Positions 62,257 through 64,000 of a stretch of DNA of 64,000 nt are shown piece by piece (position 1 is the stretch's first letter; each line of letters begins with the position of its first letter). This DNA is from an uncultured Planctomycetaceae bacterium (GTDB lineage Bacteria > Planctomycetota > Planctomycetia > Planctomycetales > Planctomycetaceae). Where the stretch lies: NCBI GenBank assembly GCA_963815195.1, contig CAWFGE010000013.1:64001-128000 (forward strand), in the 5' to 3' direction. Position numbers and translations under genes: made by a program. A model generated the notes under the pieces. That model was not told the DNA's origin. It saw nothing but the letters and a program-made list of their open reading frames with translations, and did no database searches.

Positions 62257-63072
62257 CTAAACTTCATTCCTCGCATCGCTGCGGCCGGTCGCTCTTTTTT
62301 TCCTCACGCCGACTCTTGCTCTTCCCGCGCAGGCTTCCTCCGGCGTCCTTGGCCGGCGAAGCTCCATCACCCCCTCGCTGTGACCCCCGTGTGCTTTCCC
62401 GTTCGCGGAACCGGCACCGGTCTCGCCGAACTTCGGCTCCTCGCCGCGAAGCAGCCGCTTTAAGTTCTTCTTGTGGCAGAACACGATCACCAATGGCATC
62501 AAGACGGCAAACAGCGTCCGGCTGAGTTCCTCCGCCCTAAGCAGGCTTTTTTTCTGCACGTACGAGACGATCAAGAGATGGGAGGCGGAGAACATCAACG
62601 CCGCCGCGAGCGAGGCCAACGAGCCGATCCGCTTCCACCACAGCACAAAACCATAAACCGCGACGGCGACCAGCGTCGCTTGGGGGGAGATCATCAGCAC
62701 CACCCCCGCCGAAGTCGCCACGCCTTTGCCGCCGCGAAACTTCAGCCACACGGGAAAAATGTGGCCCAAGACCGTCGCCACGCCGCAGATCACTTCAAAG
62801 TGCATCTGCCATTGGCTGAAATCCTCCCCATTCAACAGTATCCGGGGCAAGAGGTACACCGGCAGAAAGCCTTTGACGGCGTCCAACACAAACACCAGAA
62901 TGCCCCACCGGGCTCCCAGCGTGCGGGCGACGTTGGTCGCTCCGATGTTGCCGCTGCCTTGGGTCCGGATGTCGGTGCCTTTGAAGATTTTCGCCACCAG
63001 AAACCCGAAGGGCAGCGAACCGATCAGGTAGGCGATGCTGGCTGCAACCACTGCGGAGGTGAGAATGCTCAT
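62257..63072 (-). CDS. plsY: glycerol-3-phosphate acyltransferase
   Basis: YLIGSLPFG, DIRTQGSGNIGATNVAR, DAVKG, GHIFP and FRGGKGVAT. The long C-terminal tail may be affected by an indel. Confidence 0.93.
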   Translation of the reverse strand: MSILTSAVVAASIAYLIGSLPFGFLVAKIFKGTDIRTQGSGNIGATNVARTLGARWGILVFVLDAVKGFLPVYLLPRILLNGEDFSQWQMHFEVICGVATVLGHIFPVWLKFRGGKGVATSAGVVLMISPQATLVAVAVYGFVLWWKRIGSLASLAAALMFSASHLLIVSYVQKKSLLRAEELSRTLFAVLMPLVIVFCHKKNLKRLLRGEEPKFGETGAGSANGKAHGGHSEGVMELRRPRTPEEACAGRARVGVRKKRATGRSDARNEV

Positions 63073-63198
63073 GAACGTGTTGTCGCCGCTGAAATGAAGC
63101 GCCGGGCAGCCGGGAGTTGTGAACAAAACCAAATACGACTGTATCGCAAGTCGCCGGAAAATCGCAACTGAATTTTGTCGCCGACTCGGCCGGTTTCC

Positions 63199-64000
63199 TC
63201 ACAAGGCCGCTTTGCGACCGGGTTTGGTTTGGGGGATCGACTCCATGCCGCAGGCCCCTGCAGTGGGCAGCATTTTTTGCGGACTCAAGCGGCCGGTCGG
63301 ATTGAACGCCGCACGCACGTCCGCCATCACCGCGAGATCCGTTTCGCTGAAGAGCTTGTTCATGAAGGAGATTTTTTCCACGCCGATGCCATGCTCGCCC
63401 GTCACACTGCCGCCGAGCTCGATGCACTTGGCGAGAATCTCATCGCTGGCGTGCATCACCCTCTCGACCTGCTCTTTATCGCGCTCGTCGAACAGCAGGA
63501 TCGGATGGATATTCCCGTCCCCGGCATGAAACACATTCACGATCCGCACCTCATGCCGGCGTCCGCAGTCGGAAATAAAATCCAGAATCTCAGGCAGCCT
63601 GGTGCGGGGCACGACGCCGTCCTGCGTGCAGTAGCTGGGACTCAACCGGCCGATGGCACCGAAGGCTTGCTTCCGGCATTTCCACAAGAGTTGCCGTTCT
63701 TCCTGCGACTCGGCCCGGCGGACTTCTCTCGCTCCGGCCTGCTGGCAAAGTTGCACAATCCGCTCCGCTTCGCCGTCGACGGCCGTTTCCAAGCCGTCCA
63801 CTTCGATCAGCACCACGGCCCCGGCATCCAGCGGAAACCCAAATTGAAACGCCGCTTCCAAGGCTGCGATAATGCCCTGATCCATCAATTCGAGCGCAGC
63901 CGGGACGATGCCGGCTCCGATGATTCCGCTGATGGCGGTCGTCGCTTCGCGGACGGTCTCGAACACGGCGAGCATCGTGCGGTACGCCGCGGGGTCGCGG
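63199..64000 (-). CDS. FAD-linked oxidase, GlcD-like (5' part outside the window)
   Basis: ELMD, QDGVVPR, FHAGDGNIHP and GEHGIGVEK. Confidence 0.9.
   Translation of the reverse strand, partial: RDPAAYRTMLAVFETVREATTAISGIIGAGIVPAALELMDQGIIAALEAAFQFGFPLDAGAVVLIEVDGLETAVDGEAERIVQLCQQAGAREVRRAESQEERQLLWKCRKQAFGAIGRLSPSYCTQDGVVPRTRLPEILDFISDCGRRHEVRIVNVFHAGDGNIHPILLFDERDKEQVERVMHASDEILAKCIELGGSVTGEHGIGVEKISFMNKLFSETDLAVMADVRAAFNPTGRLSPQKMLPTAGACGMESIPQTKPGRKAAL

Overview
GC-rich bacterial chromosomal DNA, very probably from a planctomycete (Planctomycetaceae-like). The markers are DUF1501, DUF1559, SHD1 repeats, a sulfatase, tandem Zn-ribbon signal peptidases and Tat-exported Gfo/Idh/MocA and SMP-30 proteins. 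About 50 genes are present, mostly housekeeping or metabolic (ilvB, purQ, ndh, lepB x2, lptB, mqnP/ubiA-like, phoH, 7TM-HD, lhr, Hsp70-like, M42 and M24 peptidases, plsY, glcD-like). I saw no rRNA, tRNA, CRISPR array, transposase or integrase. At least nine genes are split by apparent indels, which looks like long-read assembly error rather than true pseudogenisation. The most interesting items are: (1) a six-gene locus at 40.1-46.7 kb encoding an ABC ATPase and permease, two Cys-Cys DUF3299-like proteins and two paralogous secreted CxxC proteins, a candidate metal-handling system; (2) a low-GC orphan gene enclosed by 9-nt-periodic inverted repeats, set in a rich landscape of REP-like and heptamer repeats; (3) a promoter-to-terminator, multi-hairpin candidate ncRNA at about 54.3-54.5 kb, next to a GAAC-N4-GTTC box upstream of lhr; (4) a BlaI / M56-DUF1559 sensor pair with a direct-repeat operator candidate; (5) a His/Met-repeat lipoprotein. 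All family assignments come from motif recognition only; no searches were run.
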